Source of the DNA: an uncultured Acidimicrobiales bacterium
Lineage (GTDB): Bacteria > Actinomycetota > Acidimicrobiia > Acidimicrobiales > VFJN01
Assembly (NCBI GenBank): GCA_963739835.1
Contig: CAVUBW010000016.1
Coordinates: 30,285 to 94,284 of the forward strand
Length of the DNA: 64,000 nucleotides
Direction: 5' to 3'
Below are positions 20,938 through 32,613 of this stretch, one piece after another. The translations under genes and the position numbers were made by a program. The notes beneath the pieces were generated by a model that had not been told where the DNA came from, made no database searches, and was given only the letters and a program-made list of their open reading frames with translations. How positions within the stretch are numbered: position 1 is the stretch's first letter; each line of letters opens with the position of its first letter.

Positions 20938-20951
20938 GCCCCGGGTGAAGT

Positions 20952-20968
20952 TCATCCGTTGGGGATGA
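20952..20968. promoter_or_regulatory. TCATCC-N5-GGATGA palindrome
   Basis: Perfect TCATCC-GTTGG-GGATGA, about 79 bp before ATG 21047. Confidence 0.7.
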
Positions 20969-21046
20969 GGCTGGGGGCCACGGGCGGTGCCACTGTCAAC
21001 ATGGTTGGCCGCAGCCGCGTCCACGACCGGCGCCGAGGAGGTGCGA

Positions 21047-21295
21047 ATGGCAGGGTTGAGTGTGTCGATGGTGACCGAGCACGGTGGGCATCGGATCCTG
21101 GTCGGCACGGACGGTCTCCACCTCGAGACACCACCCGTCGAGCATCTCGCGTTCTACATCGGGCTCGGCGCGCTCGTCGCGCTGAACGTGGTCGAGCCGC
21201 CGGTGGCAGTGGCTCTCACGGTTGGTCACCTCCTCATCGACTTTACGAGGCGGCCGGGGCTACGGTCGCTCGGGGAGGCTCTCGACGAGGTCTGA
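21047..21295 (+). CDS. Small membrane protein (82 aa)
   Basis: GAGGAGG RBS; PPVEHLAFYIGLGALVALNVVEPPVAVALTVGH. Confidence 0.7.
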   Translation: MAGLSVSMVTEHGGHRILVGTDGLHLETPPVEHLAFYIGLGALVALNVVEPPVAVALTVGHLLIDFTRRPGLRSLGEALDEV

Positions 21296-21500
21296 CCGTC
21301 CGGCCCGCAGCCGTGCCCGCCCCTCGTATCAGTCGATTGCTCTTCATTGACCGGGACCAGCGGCGCGGTCCCGGGGCGGCAGTTGACGTCACGTTTGCCC
21401 TGTCGTCACCTTCTCTTCAGCTCCGGTTCCTCCCGTCCTGTCCGTGCGGTCATTTGGGCTCCATACGATCACCCGAGTCGACCCCGTGGGGAGGACACAC

Positions 21501-21608
21501 ATGGAGGGCTTTGTGCAGTCTCTGGTCGTCATGGCCCTGCTGGTGCTGGCCGAGCTGGCGATCAGGGAGTTCTGGCAACGACTGCGCCCACTGAGCCTGT
21601 TGGGCTGA
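21501..21608 (+). CDS. 35-aa single-TM peptide (below ORF-track cutoff)
   Basis: GGAGG-N7-ATG; MEGFVQSLVVMALLVLAELAIREFWQRLRPLSLLG. Confidence 0.55.
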   Translation: MEGFVQSLVVMALLVLAELAIREFWQRLRPLSLLG

Positions 21609-21717
21609 ACAGGTCTGGCGCCGGCCGCGTCCTGGCTTTTCGGGCCGGCCGGCGGGACAATCGGATCTCCGCATCGAGATGCCGCCAGGCGCCGCGGAAT
21701 CGAGCAGGAGGTTCACC

Positions 21718-21921
21718 ATGGAGGAGATGTGGCCGCTGGCACTCGGAGCAGGGGCTGTGCTGCTCGTCCCACCGCTACGCCGACGGGTGAAGCCTGTTGC
21801 CGTCGCAGTCGCCCGCACAGGGCTGGGACTCGTCGGCGTCAGCGTGACGGGCGCCGTGAACGTCGCTACTGCGGTCGTGCGAGGTGAGCCTCAGGCGGCG
21901 GGCAAGGGCTCTGCGACATAG
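21718..21921 (+). CDS. Small hydrophobic protein (67 aa)
   Basis: AGGAGGT RBS; MEEMWPLALGAGAVLLVPPLRRRVKPVAVAVARTG. Confidence 0.6.
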   Translation: MEEMWPLALGAGAVLLVPPLRRRVKPVAVAVARTGLGLVGVSVTGAVNVATAVVRGEPQAAGKGSAT

Positions 21922-21944
21922 CCGGGCTCTGGTTCCCGTCTGCT

Positions 21945-24900
21945 CTAGCAGTTCCGGCCGGTCGACGGCTGCGGGGGGTCCGTCCGCCCCGATGGCATCG
22001 TCGACAGGGCTCGCGGTAGGACGGCGGCGCCGGCGGTCGCGGCGATGGACGCCGTGGTGCTGATGGTCCACCCGATGGGTCCGAGGGGTCGGCAGCCGAA
22101 CACGTGGGACAGGCCCGGTGTCTGGACGATCCCGGCCAGGATTGCGGCGGAGCCGAGGCCCGCGGCCAGGACGACGGGATCCCGGCCGCCGACCAGGATG
22201 GTCTGACCGAGCTGGGTCCCGACGACGGCCGTCATCCCGACGGTGCTGGCGTGAGCACGCGTGCCGGTGGCCCGGGCGGCGAGCCACGCGCCGGTCGCGC
22301 CGGCCGTGGTCAGGGTGGCCCGCATGGCGATGTCGCGGGCGAACGTGCCCAGAGAGGCTTCTGGACCCTCGCTCACGAGCTGCTCGGGGGTCGGCCGTGC
22401 CGGCTGGCGGATCGCGATGGCGAGGGCCGGAGCGGTGTCGGTGAGCAGGTTGACCAGCAGCAGTTGTCGGGCGTTGAGCGGAGCCCGGCCTTGGATCGCC
22501 GAACCCGTGATCATGAAGCCGATCTCGCCGAGGTTCCCACCGACGAGGATGGCTGCCGCGTCCCGGGCCGACGTCCACAGGGCCCGGCCCTCGAGGAGGG
22601 CGTCGACGAGGGTCTCGACCCTGTCGTCCACGACCACGAGGTCGGCGGCGTCTCTGGCGGCTCCTGTGCTCTGCTCACCGAACGCGATCCCCACGTCGGC
22701 CAAGCGGATCGCCTGGGCATCGTTGGCCCCATCACCGGTCATCGCAACCACGCGACCGGCCTGCTGGAAGGCCCACACGATACGCACCTTGTGGACGGGC
22801 GTGACCCGGGCGAAGACGGCCACCCCGGGCATGGCGTCGGCCAGTTCCTCGTCGCTCATCGCGTCGAGGTCAGGTCCGGTCAGCATGCGCTTGCCGTTGA
22901 CCAGTCCCAGCTCCGCAGCGATGGTCGCCGCGGTGCTGGGGTGATCGCCGGTGACCATGACTACCTCGACCCCGGCCCGCTGCAGATCGTGCAGGGCGGC
23001 CGCCGCCTCGGGGCGCACCGGATCGCTGTAGGCCACGAACCCGACGAACGCCAGGCCGTCGACCCCGTCCTCGTCGAGGCTCGCGGCTCCGGGCACGTCG
23101 CGCTCGGCCACCGCCAGGACGCGGAGCCCCCGCATTGCCATGCCATGCGCGTGGTCCAACAGACGGCGCCGCCGGTGCCGGGTCAACCGGTCGTTCGCCG
23201 CGCCGTTCGGCCACGTCGAGCACCGGGCCAGGACGACCTCGGGTGCCCCCTTGACGGTCAGCTTCGCCGACCCACTTCCGTTCCCCAGAACCGCGTGGAA
23301 TGCCCGCCCCGCCTCGAACGGTAGCTCGGCCAGTTGCCGCCACTCGTCGGCACCGTCGCTCGCCGTGACCTCGGCCATGCCGGCGCCGTCGACCAGGGCG
23401 CGGTCCTCGGGGTGCACCAGGTCGTGGCGCGCCGCGCTCGGCGAGGCCCGGAGGCCGGCGGCCAGGATGCTCCGGGCCTCTGGAGCGACGTGCGGCGTGT
23501 CGACGGGCATGTCGGTGACCCCATCGGAGACGGTCACCAGCGCGATGCGCCCTTCTGTCAGTGTCCCCGTCTTGTCGACGCAGGCGACGTCGACGCGGCC
23601 CAGGGCCTCCACCGCGCGTCGAGAGCGCACCGACCGCGCCGCGCCCCGCCAACCGCCGGGCGGCGCTGAGCTGGGCAACCGTGGTCAACAGTGGCAGCCC
23701 TTCCGGCACGGCGGCAGCCGACAGGGCCACACCGGACTCGACGATCTCGGCCAGTGGGGCGCCACGGATGCCGGCGAGGCCCGCCAGCAGGCCGGCGCTG
23801 CCGACCGCGACGGGAGCGGACAGCCGGCCCAGCGTGTGCAGCCGCGCCTCGAGACCGCTCGGCGGGGGCTCCGCGCCCGGGAGGTGGGCCGTACGGCGAG
23901 CCTCGGTGTCCGGCCCGCTGGCCACGACCACGGCGGTCGCCTCCCCGGCCGCCACCGCGGAGCCCTCGAACAGCATCGAGGTCCGGTCCGCGACGGCGGC
24001 GGCGAAGGACGGCGCCGCGCTCTTGGGCACCGGGAGCGACTCCCCGGTCAAGCTCGACTCGTCGACCTCGAGAGACCGGGCGTCGACGATCCGGCAGTCC
24101 GCGGACACGGTCTCTCCCGCCCGCAGCCGGATCAGGTCACCGGCGACGAGGTGGCGGGCGTCGACCAGAGCCTCCTCCCCGCCCCGGAGCGCCAGCACGA
24201 CGTGACCTGCTCGGGCGTCGAGTCGCTCGATGGCTTGGTCCGCACGGTGTCGCTCGACCCCACCGATCAGGGCATTGAACAACACGACGCTGCCCACCAT
24301 GGCCGCGTCGACCGTGGAGCCGACTGCCGCGGCGAGGCCGGCTCCTGACGCGAGGATGGGCGTGAAGGGGTTGACCAACTCGGCCGCCACCGACCGGACG
24401 AGCAACAGGGGGCCGGGAACCGATCGGGCCTCCGCCCGCTGGCGACGCGCCGCTTCGTCGTGCGACAGCCCCCCGGGCGTGGTCCCCAGCCGCTCGACGA
24501 CGACCCGAGCGTCGAGCTCGTGCCACGGCACCGGCTCGGGCCAACTCGGCATCGGCCGCCCCGCCAGCTCGATCCCCGCTCGCGTGCCATTGGCCAGCGC
24601 CACGGCGGAGGCGGCGTTCACCGCGTTCATCGTCCGCCCGACCGCCCCGGACGGGCGTCCGAGGAGCCCGGCCACGGCACCGGTCGCCGCACCCAGCGTT
24701 GCCACCAGCGCGGTCTCGCGGGCCACGCGGCGCGCGATCGAGCAGGCCTGGATCAGCAGGTAGGCATGTGCCAGCTCACAATCTTCCGCGAGCACGTCGG
24801 CTCCCCATGGTGGCGGGCCCGACCCGGCACGCAATCCGAGCGCGACGTCGGCGGGCGGCAGCCCCGGTGAGCCCCCGGGGGCGACCAGGAAAACGACGGC

Positions 24901-26427
24901 ACCCTCGCGCTGCAGCGAACGGATGGCCCGCGGGAGGCGGGACCCGTTGCGCACCGTGCGCTCGCACCTGAGCCTCGAGGCCACACTGTCGTCGCGCCCG
25001 GCGATGACGATCTCGAGACCCGCGAGCCGGACTGCGGCGATCAGCTCCTGGGCACCGCCGCGCAGGCGGCGCCGGGTGCCGGTCAGCGCCACCAACGTGC
25101 GGTGACGGACCAGTCCGAGCACCAGCCCGTCCTTGGCCAGCCGCCGGGCCGCCCGCTTGCGGCCGGGCGGCGCCTCGACGCCGAGACGATCGATCGGCGC
25201 CAGCGTCCATCCGCCCTGCCGGAACACCGCGCCGCGTGCGCTACCAGCCAAGAGGCTGCGGGCCCGGCGCTCGGCCTCCCGGGCGTCGTCTGCGCCGTTG
25301 CCCTCCGCCGAGGCGATCATCACGACCTCGGACAGCTCGAGCTCGTCGGACACCAGCAGGTCCTCGTCGATGACCACGCAGTCCACCCGGTCGAGCCGCC
25401 GGAGGGCATCGGGATCGAGCGGGAGGAGGCCGCGTGAGGCGAGCAGACGGCCCACCTGGGCAGCGAACCCCTCGCGGCCAAAATGGGCTGCCTTCGGCAC
25501 CCCCGCCTGCAACATTGCTGCCGCCTGCGCGAGGCTCCGAGTCGTGACCAGCGTTGCTCCGGCCGCCCCGAGCGAGGCGAGCAACACCCGATCCGTGAAC
25601 TGCTCGATAGGCCCGTCGGCAATCGGGGCCTGGCGACCTGTGTCCGGTGCCGCCTTCGGATGGTTCGTGGGAGCCTCCCACAGCGTCGGTTCCCGTTGAC
25701 GCCAGAGGCTGCGCCGCGCGCTCATCTCCGCCATGAGCGCCGAGCGGTGCGCCAGATCAACAATGGGACCGAGCGGCGAACCGGAGACGCCCTGCATGAC
25801 CCCGTTGCCCAGCGCCAGGGCCAGCTCGGCCGGTCTCGTCCCGAGGCCGTGCTCGACGAGGCGCCGAAGCCTCGGCTGGTGCTCGAGGATCGAGAGCCCG
25901 GCGGCCGCATACCCGACGAACGGGATCGGTGGGAGCCGGGCGACCCTCTGGAACGTGGCGAGCCCCAGGCCAGTCGCCGATCCTCCGATCATTGCCCCGG
26001 TCCGCAGCAGCGGTTCGACGTCGGCCGGGTGGGGCGGTGCTCCGGAGCCGAGTGGCTCCTCACGGACGCCGAACTCCTCCTCCACCGACTCCACCGACTC
26101 GACCAGCTCATTCGGAGAGGCGGCCCGCTCGTCGAACGCCACGACCACACGTCCCAGGTCCCCGACGGCCTCGACCCACTGGACCGCATGGTGCGCGCCC
26201 AGCTTCGCCTCGAGGCGCTCGCCGTAGCGCTCGGCGTCCACGGGACCGACCCGCCGCACCTCGATGTGCGCGTGGCCACCGCTCGACCACACCCGCCGCG
26301 CGCGACGCCGACCCGGGTCGAACAGACGGCTCAGCGGATCGAGCAAGCCCACGGCCGCCTTTCCACCTTGTGCGTCATGACCCGGTGCGGTGACAGCAGA
26401 CGCCGGGTCGGGAGGGCGGGGGAGCAC
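21945..26427 (-). CDS. Large cation-translocating P-type ATPase, CtpH/CtpI-like (frameshift near 23630; start approximate)
   Basis: DESSLTGES, AVPEGLP, DKTGTLT, KGAPE, TGDHP, MTGDGAND; long N-terminal extension. Confidence 0.88.
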
Positions 26428-26617
26428 CCCCCGTCACGGCGACCGTTGGGACTGCGGAGGACGCCCGGCACGGCTCGCTGGGCTCGCCGACTTGCCAGTC
26501 TGCGGCAACCATCGGACTTCCCTCCTCGCTCGATCCGTGCCGGTTGGTGGCGTGGCCGGAGTCACTGGAACCCACCTGCGTGCGTCCGACTATGGGGCCG
26601 TGCATCGGGGCCCCGCC

Positions 26618-26876
26618 TCATCCGACCGGGATGATGCGGTCGACCCGGCGTGGTGCCGGTAGAACTCGAGGGCGCCATCGCGGTCGGGGCGGGTCATCAG
26701 CCCGGATGATCGCGGCGTCGGCGGGCGCCATGTCGGAGTCGATCATCCCGGTCGGATGAGGCGAGGCCGTAGTGGCGGGCCGACAGTCGTGGGCGAGCGC
26801 GCACAGTCCAACCGGGGCTCATGGCGGGCGCACGATCGCCGTCGTCGCCCGGGGTGTCCCCATCCCAGAGGGATGA
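26618..26876. promoter_or_regulatory. Cluster of four TCATCC-N5-GGATGA palindromes
   Basis: 26618-26634 (perfect), 26694-26709 (N4 spacer), 26743-26759 (perfect), 26860-26876 (CCATCC). Confidence 0.7.
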
Positions 26877-29480
26877 TCAGAGCAGGCCGAGGTGCGTCGC
26901 CTTCTCGACTGCTGCGGCCCGGCTATCCACGCCGAGCTTGCGGTAGGTGCTCTGCAGGTGGGTCTTGAGTGTGTTCAGGGACACGTAGAGCTCGGACGCG
27001 ATCTCGCGGTTGCTCAAGCGGGTGGGGAGGTAGCGGAGCACGGTGCGCTCGCGGTCGGTCAGGCCGACCTCGCCGGCGGACCCGGCTCGCTCGACCGGCA
27101 TGGGCCGGGTCGTCGCCTCGACGACGGCGTGCTCCAGCGCTCCGAGGGCCGGCTCCGGCGCATCCCCGCGCAGCCGGGCCTCGAGCGCCAGGGTGACGTC
27201 CATGCCGGCGTCGGTGATCGAGCGCGCGAAGCCCTGCGATCGTGACAGATCGAGGATCCTGTCGAGCTGTCGGTCGACGTGGATCGCGTCGTGCTCGAGC
27301 AGCCCGATCTGCGCCTCGACGAGGCAGCGCTCGAGTTGCGGTCTCGGCTCGACGCTGGATTCGAGCGTCTCCAGGCATGCCGCCGCGGCCTCGGGGTCGC
27401 CTCTGCGGGCGTGGTGCTCGGCCTCGGTGATCAGGCGACGGGGACCCGAGCCCAGCCGCGCCAGGTGGTCGGCGGTGACGTCAAGGCCCGCCGCAAGACG
27501 GATCCGTACCTCGAGCGCATCGCCACGTACGACGAGCGGGGACTCCACGTCCTGGCGAGAGAAGGCCCGCGCCCGGTCCAACCGGTGCAGCGCCTCGTCG
27601 AACTCGCCGCGTCGCAACGCGACCCGGGCCAGCTCCACCAAGCTCAACAACGCGAACGGCGGCCGGCCGGGTGCCGCGATGTCGAGCGCGCGCTCGAGGT
27701 GGCGTTCCGCGGTGGTCAGGTCACCGGCCTCGGCCTCGAGGGCGCCGAGCGTCCGCATCACGTCCGCCATGAGGAAGTGCCGCTCGGCCCCCAGCTGCGG
27801 CACCAACGCAGCCGCCCGCCCCGCGAGCTCGCCGGCGAGCCGGAGGTTGCCGCATTCGAGCTCGACCGCGCTGATCGCCCCAACGAGCGCGACCTGCTGC
27901 ATCAGTGGGTAGCGCGCCCACCGGTTGATCGCGTCGGAATAGACGGCCCGAGCGTCCTCCGGCCGGTCCAGGTAGTCGAACCCCCGGATGAGCGTGAGCG
28001 GGGCCATGTCCACGAAATCGTCCTCGCCGGGGGGCGACCGTCGCACGGCATCCTCGGCGTGTGCGAGGGCAGCACCGATCTCCCCGCGGAAGCCGAGCCA
28101 CATCGCTCTCGCCAGGGCCTGCCGCGCTACGTACCGGGGGCTGGGATCGGTGGGTCCGAGGGTGTCCAGGTAGGCGAGCCACCGCCCGGCCTCGTCGATC
28201 GAGCCAGCCATGATGAGGGCGATGGTGTAGTCGAGTACCTGGTCGCTGCGCGCCGAGAGCACCTCGCCGCCGAGCTCGGTGATCCACGAGCTGATCGCGG
28301 CACGGCCACCGAGGTACTTGTCGACGGCATGGTCGCGGACAAGGGCGAAGGCGCGGTCGGCGTCTGCTCCGTCGACGGCATGGCGTACCGCGCGTGCGAT
28401 GTCATCGTGCTGCTCGTACCAGTGCGAGGCCGCAACGTTCAGCACGTTGACCCGGTCGGGATCCCGCGCCGACAGCCAGCGCCGGAGGACGTCACGGAAC
28501 AGCTGGTGAAAGCGGTAGGTTCCCGCATCGGTGCCGACCCGGACCAGGAAGAGGTTGGCTGTCTCGAACGCCTCGAGCCTGTCTGCCGCGTCGTGTCGTC
28601 CGGTGAGGGCCCGGCATCGGTCGGCGTCGAACTCGTCGAGCGTGGCGAGGGCGAGCAGGCAGTCGAGGCTTTCTGCGTCGAGCTGAGCGAGCACCTCGCT
28701 GGCGAGGTAGTCGGTGATGTTGTGATCGGATCCGGCGAAGGCTCTTACGAAGGCGGACGGGTCGGGGTGGTCGCGCAGTGCGAGCGCCGCCAGGTGCACC
28801 CCTGCGGCCCAGCCTTCTGTTCGCGCCGTCAGCGCGTCCGCGTCTTCGGGGGTGAGCTCGATGCCGTGCGCGGCGACCACCCGCGCGGTGTCGTCGGCCG
28901 AGAAGCGCAGCTGGTCGGTTCGTAGCTCGCCGAGGATGCCGTTGGCTCGCCACCGGTGCAGTGGCAGCGGCGGGTCGGATCGGCTGCCCAGGACGAGTGC
29001 CACGCCAGGTGGGAGTCGCTCGACCAGGAGACCAAGCGGCGCGACGGCGTCGGCAGGGACCATGTGCAGGTCGTCGATCACCAGGGCGGCACCCCGGTCG
29101 AGCCGGGCAAGGTCGTTCACGAGCGACGGCACCACGTCATCGAGCGCGAGCGGGTCTTCGGCGAGTAGCGCCCGGGCTTCGTTCCCGATCCCGTCGCCCA
29201 GGTGCGCACAGGCGGCGACGATCGACATCCAGAACCGGGCGCTGTCGGCGTCGGTGACGTCGCATGTCAGCCAGGCCCACGATTCCTCCGGCCGGTGGTG
29301 GACCCAGTCGGTCAACAACACCGTCTTGCCCGCTCCGGCCAGCGCAGCGATCAACGTCACCGGGTGCTCGTCGACGAGCCGGTCGAGCAAGGCCACGGGG
29401 TGGTCGCGCGCCATGACCGTTCGCGGCGGTGTGGGCGGTGCGAACTTTGTGACCGCGAGCAGCGGAACTGCATCCGCCAT
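26877..29480 (-). CDS. MalT-like ATP-dependent LuxR regulator (STAND)
   Basis: TKFAPP, ALAGAGKT, LVIDDLH, TEGWAAG, RFHQLF, LTDRERTVLRYL...SLNTLKTHLQSTYRKLG. Confidence 0.92.
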   Translation of the reverse strand: MADAVPLLAVTKFAPPTPPRTVMARDHPVALLDRLVDEHPVTLIAALAGAGKTVLLTDWVHHRPEESWAWLTCDVTDADSARFWMSIVAACAHLGDGIGNEARALLAEDPLALDDVVPSLVNDLARLDRGAALVIDDLHMVPADAVAPLGLLVERLPPGVALVLGSRSDPPLPLHRWRANGILGELRTDQLRFSADDTARVVAAHGIELTPEDADALTARTEGWAAGVHLAALALRDHPDPSAFVRAFAGSDHNITDYLASEVLAQLDAESLDCLLALATLDEFDADRCRALTGRHDAADRLEAFETANLFLVRVGTDAGTYRFHQLFRDVLRRWLSARDPDRVNVLNVAASHWYEQHDDIARAVRHAVDGADADRAFALVRDHAVDKYLGGRAAISSWITELGGEVLSARSDQVLDYTIALIMAGSIDEAGRWLAYLDTLGPTDPSPRYVARQALARAMWLGFRGEIGAALAHAEDAVRRSPPGEDDFVDMAPLTLIRGFDYLDRPEDARAVYSDAINRWARYPLMQQVALVGAISAVELECGNLRLAGELAGRAAALVPQLGAERHFLMADVMRTLGALEAEAGDLTTAERHLERALDIAAPGRPPFALLSLVELARVALRRGEFDEALHRLDRARAFSRQDVESPLVVRGDALEVRIRLAAGLDVTADHLARLGSGPRRLITEAEHHARRGDPEAAAACLETLESSVEPRPQLERCLVEAQIGLLEHDAIHVDRQLDRILDLSRSQGFARSITDAGMDVTLALEARLRGDAPEPALGALEHAVVEATTRPMPVERAGSAGEVGLTDRERTVLRYLPTRLSNREIASELYVSLNTLKTHLQSTYRKLGVDSRAAAVEKATHLGLL

Positions 29481-29621
29481 CGCCTCTCCGCCGTCCTTCG
29501 GGTTGTGTGGGCTCCGGAAATCATCCTGGGTAGGGCGACGCTGCATCACCCCAAGAGTGGCAAGGCTACTACGAACAGCGATTTCAGCCAGGCCCCTCTG
29601 GACCCCGGGGGTGCCCGTGTC

Positions 29622-29816
29622 GTGCGTTACGACGTGACGATCATGGGGCGTGGTGACCTGGTTCGGAGTGCGTTCAGCGACGTGACGGTGCTCCGTGGCC
29701 GGGTGTGACGGTGCTGTCCGCGGATCTCGATCAGGCCGCGCTGCACGGTCTCCTCGGGCGTCGCCGACCTCGGGATCGAGCTCGTGGGCGTTCATCGTGT
29801 CGCGGGTTCGATCTGA
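29622..29816 (+). CDS. Small protein of about 65 aa of the type found next to MalT-like LuxR genes (frameshifted)
   Basis: RYDVTIMG..LVRSAF...TVLSADLDQAALHGLLGRVADLGIELVGVHR rebuilt over frames. Confidence 0.6.
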
Positions 29817-29960
29817 TCCGTCGACGCGGCCCAGGCGGACAACCGAGGAGGGTGGGTGTGACGGTGAGCAGTTCTTTGTCGCATCGTGTGGCGGTTCGAA
29901 CCGCCGTCGAGCGATCACCACTCCACCGGCACGCGCCCGCACAACCACTGGAGCGCCCCG

Positions 29961-32497
29961 ATGCGCTCGCACGCGGAGCGCCCCCACCCGTGCCGCTCTT
30001 CGCGATCCGCCGGATGCGCCTCGAGGGACGCCTCGAGGATCACCCGGACCGGCACGTGCTCCTCGTGCGCGGTCCTGCTGGAGCGGGCAAGACGGTTCTC
30101 GTCTCGCAATGGGTGAGAACACGCACCCAGCCGTGCGCCTGGCTCGCGATCGACCCGACCCACAACGACGAGACCGTTCTGAAGCAACAGTTGGTCAGGG
30201 CGGTGGAGCGGCTCTCCCCGGAAGGCTCGGTCGTGGTCGGTCGATGGGCGGTCGCCGGCGACATCGACGGCACCGTGGTCACTGACGTCCTCAACTCGGT
30301 GACACAGCGCCTCGGAACGGGCATCACCGTCGTCGTCGACGACGTCCATCTCCTGCACGATCGAAGCGCGCGGCACGTTCTCGAGCTGCTGGTGGAGCAT
30401 CCGCCCGACCAGGTTCGGCTCGTGCTCGTGTCGCGATCGAAACCCCGGCTCCTGCTCGAACGCGCCCGACTGCGGGGTGACCTGGTGGAGATCACCCCTG
30501 CCGAGCTGCGGTTCGAGCGCGCCGAGATCGACGCGCTCGCCGCGACGTGGACCGGGCGGCAGCTCGATGCCGCCGACCTCGAGCAGGCGACGCTGGGCTG
30601 GGCCGCGGGGCTGCGGCTTGCGTACCTCGACGGCTCGAACAACGCCACACCGTCATCCGCCGGGCCCGATCTCGACGGCATCGCCACTGGGTACATCGGG
30701 GAGCTGATCGCTGCCTTACCCGCGACCACGCGCTCGTTTCTCCAGGTGACCTGCTGGCTGCCGGTCCTCACTGAGCAATTGTGTGCTGCGGTCGCCGCTG
30801 ATGAGCGCGGCCGTCCGTCATCCGCCCGGCCCGACATCGAGGCGCTCCCCGCCGTCCCGGTCACCAGCCGGCCCGGGGCGTTCCGTCATCCACCCATGCT
30901 GATCCGTGTCCTGCAGCGGGAGTGTCGGCGCGGTGACCCACGCGCCGCGCTGACCGCCCGCCGCCGCGCTGCCGAGGCCTGTCGAGACACCGGGGATCTC
31001 GTCACCGCCATCGAGCTGTTCCTGCAGGCCGCCTGCACGGACGAGGCGGCCGCGTCGTGCGCGGACCTGGCGGCCGTTGACGATTCAGCCTTGCGCCGGG
31101 TCGACGAGCTCTTGCTGCGGCTCCCCGAGATCACGCCTGTCAGCCCAGGGTGGTCGGCCTGGCGGATCCGCGCCGCCGTCGCGGCCGGGCGTGTCGACGA
31201 GGCGTGCCGCCTGCTGAAAATAGCAGACGCGGCCGCCAGGTCGGCCGGCCTGGCCGGCCAGGAGGACAGCCCGGATCTCGTCATGGCGCGGGCCGTGGTC
31301 GCGGAGCGCCTGGGCGATGTCACCGACCTGCTCGCCAGCGCCGATCATCTGCTGACGCCCGTCGTGCAGGCCGGAACCAGCCCGTGCGCGACCGTGCGAG
31401 CGCACGGCTGGCGAGTTCGCGCCCTGGTTTGGGCCGGTGAGGCGGAGCAGGCGAGGTCGGCACTGCGGGAGCTCGACCAGGCAGCCCTCGGAACCGAACT
31501 CGAGGCGGCGATCGACATCGCCCTGGCTCGTGCCTGGATCGCCTGGCAGGACGGTGACATCTCGGACGTCGCGGAGTCGGTCGCCTCCGTCGAGGGCGAC
31601 GGTCGTAACCGCGGCTCGGGCTCGGCCGAGCTTGCGCTGCTGGCAGGATTGGCCCACCGCGAGTGCAACCACCTGGCCAAGGCCGTGCAGCTCCTCGACG
31701 AGGCCCACTATCTCGCGGTCGTGCACTCTCACCACGTCCTCGCCGCGCTCGCCGCCAGCGAGCTTGCTCGCTGCCACCGGGCATCGGGCGCCGACATGGA
31801 GGCGCTGGAACTGGTGGTCTCCACCCGTGCCGCGCACCCTGAACTGCCACCGGCGATCGATCTTCACCTCCGCGCCACGGAGGTGAAGGTGCGCCTCGAC
31901 CAGGGCGATGTGGCCGGAGCCCGGGCCGCGGTCCGCGACGGACCACCGGGAGCCGACACGCAGCTGCTGGCCGCGCGGGTGGCGCTGCAGGAAGCCCCGA
32001 CGGAGGCCCGGGAGCTCGCGGAGTCGGTCGACCCGAGCGCACCCCGGCACGTCGTGGAGGCGCTCCTGTTGCGCGCCCAGCTGCCGGATGCCGGACCGGA
32101 GGACGAGTCGGCGGCCGTCATCGAGGCGATCTCGGTCGGCGGGCCCCTCGGCCTCGTGCGAACGTTCCTCGACGAGGGACCCGCGCTGAACCGGCGGCTC
32201 TCCGAGTTGGCGCTCGACCACACCGACCGGACCCTCGGCCGCCTGGCCGCCCTTGCGTGCCACGAGCTTGCCCTGGCATCGACGCGACGGGAGACCGGGC
32301 CGATCGAGCAGCTCACCGCCCGCGAGCTCACGGTGTTGCGCATGCTGCCGCTGCGCATGTCCAACCGCGAGATGGCCGCTCAGCTCTACATCTCCGTCAA
32401 CACCATCAAGACACACGTCCGAGCGATCTACCGCAAGCTCGACGTCCCCCACCGGTCCGCGGCGGTCCATCGGGCCACGGCATTGCAGCTCGTCTGA
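29961..32497 (+). CDS. Second MalT-like LuxR regulator (start uncertain)
   Basis: RGPAGAGKT, VVVDDVH, TLGWAAG, LTARELTVLRML...SVNTIKTHVRAIYRKLD. Confidence 0.88.
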
Positions 32498-32507
32498 CTC
32501 CCCAAGC

Positions 32508-32533
32508 TCATCCCGGTCGGATGAGGCGAGGCC
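32508..32533. promoter_or_regulatory. TCATCC-N5-GGATGA palindrome inside a 26-bp sequence identical to 26743-26768
   Basis: TCATCCCGGTCGGATGAGGCGAGGCC; palindrome ends about 90 bp before the arylsulfatase ATG. Confidence 0.7.
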
Positions 32534-32613
32534 CGCTTCCGCGACCCGACAATGGCAGGGAGAGCACGCGGCGTCGCGTGACTCCGGCCACTGGCCCGAA
32601 CCGGAGATGGACG

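Noticed and set aside
26618-26876. Clustered palindromes as a CRISPR array
   Set aside because: Units are only 17 bp with variable centres and irregular spacing, and there are no cas genes
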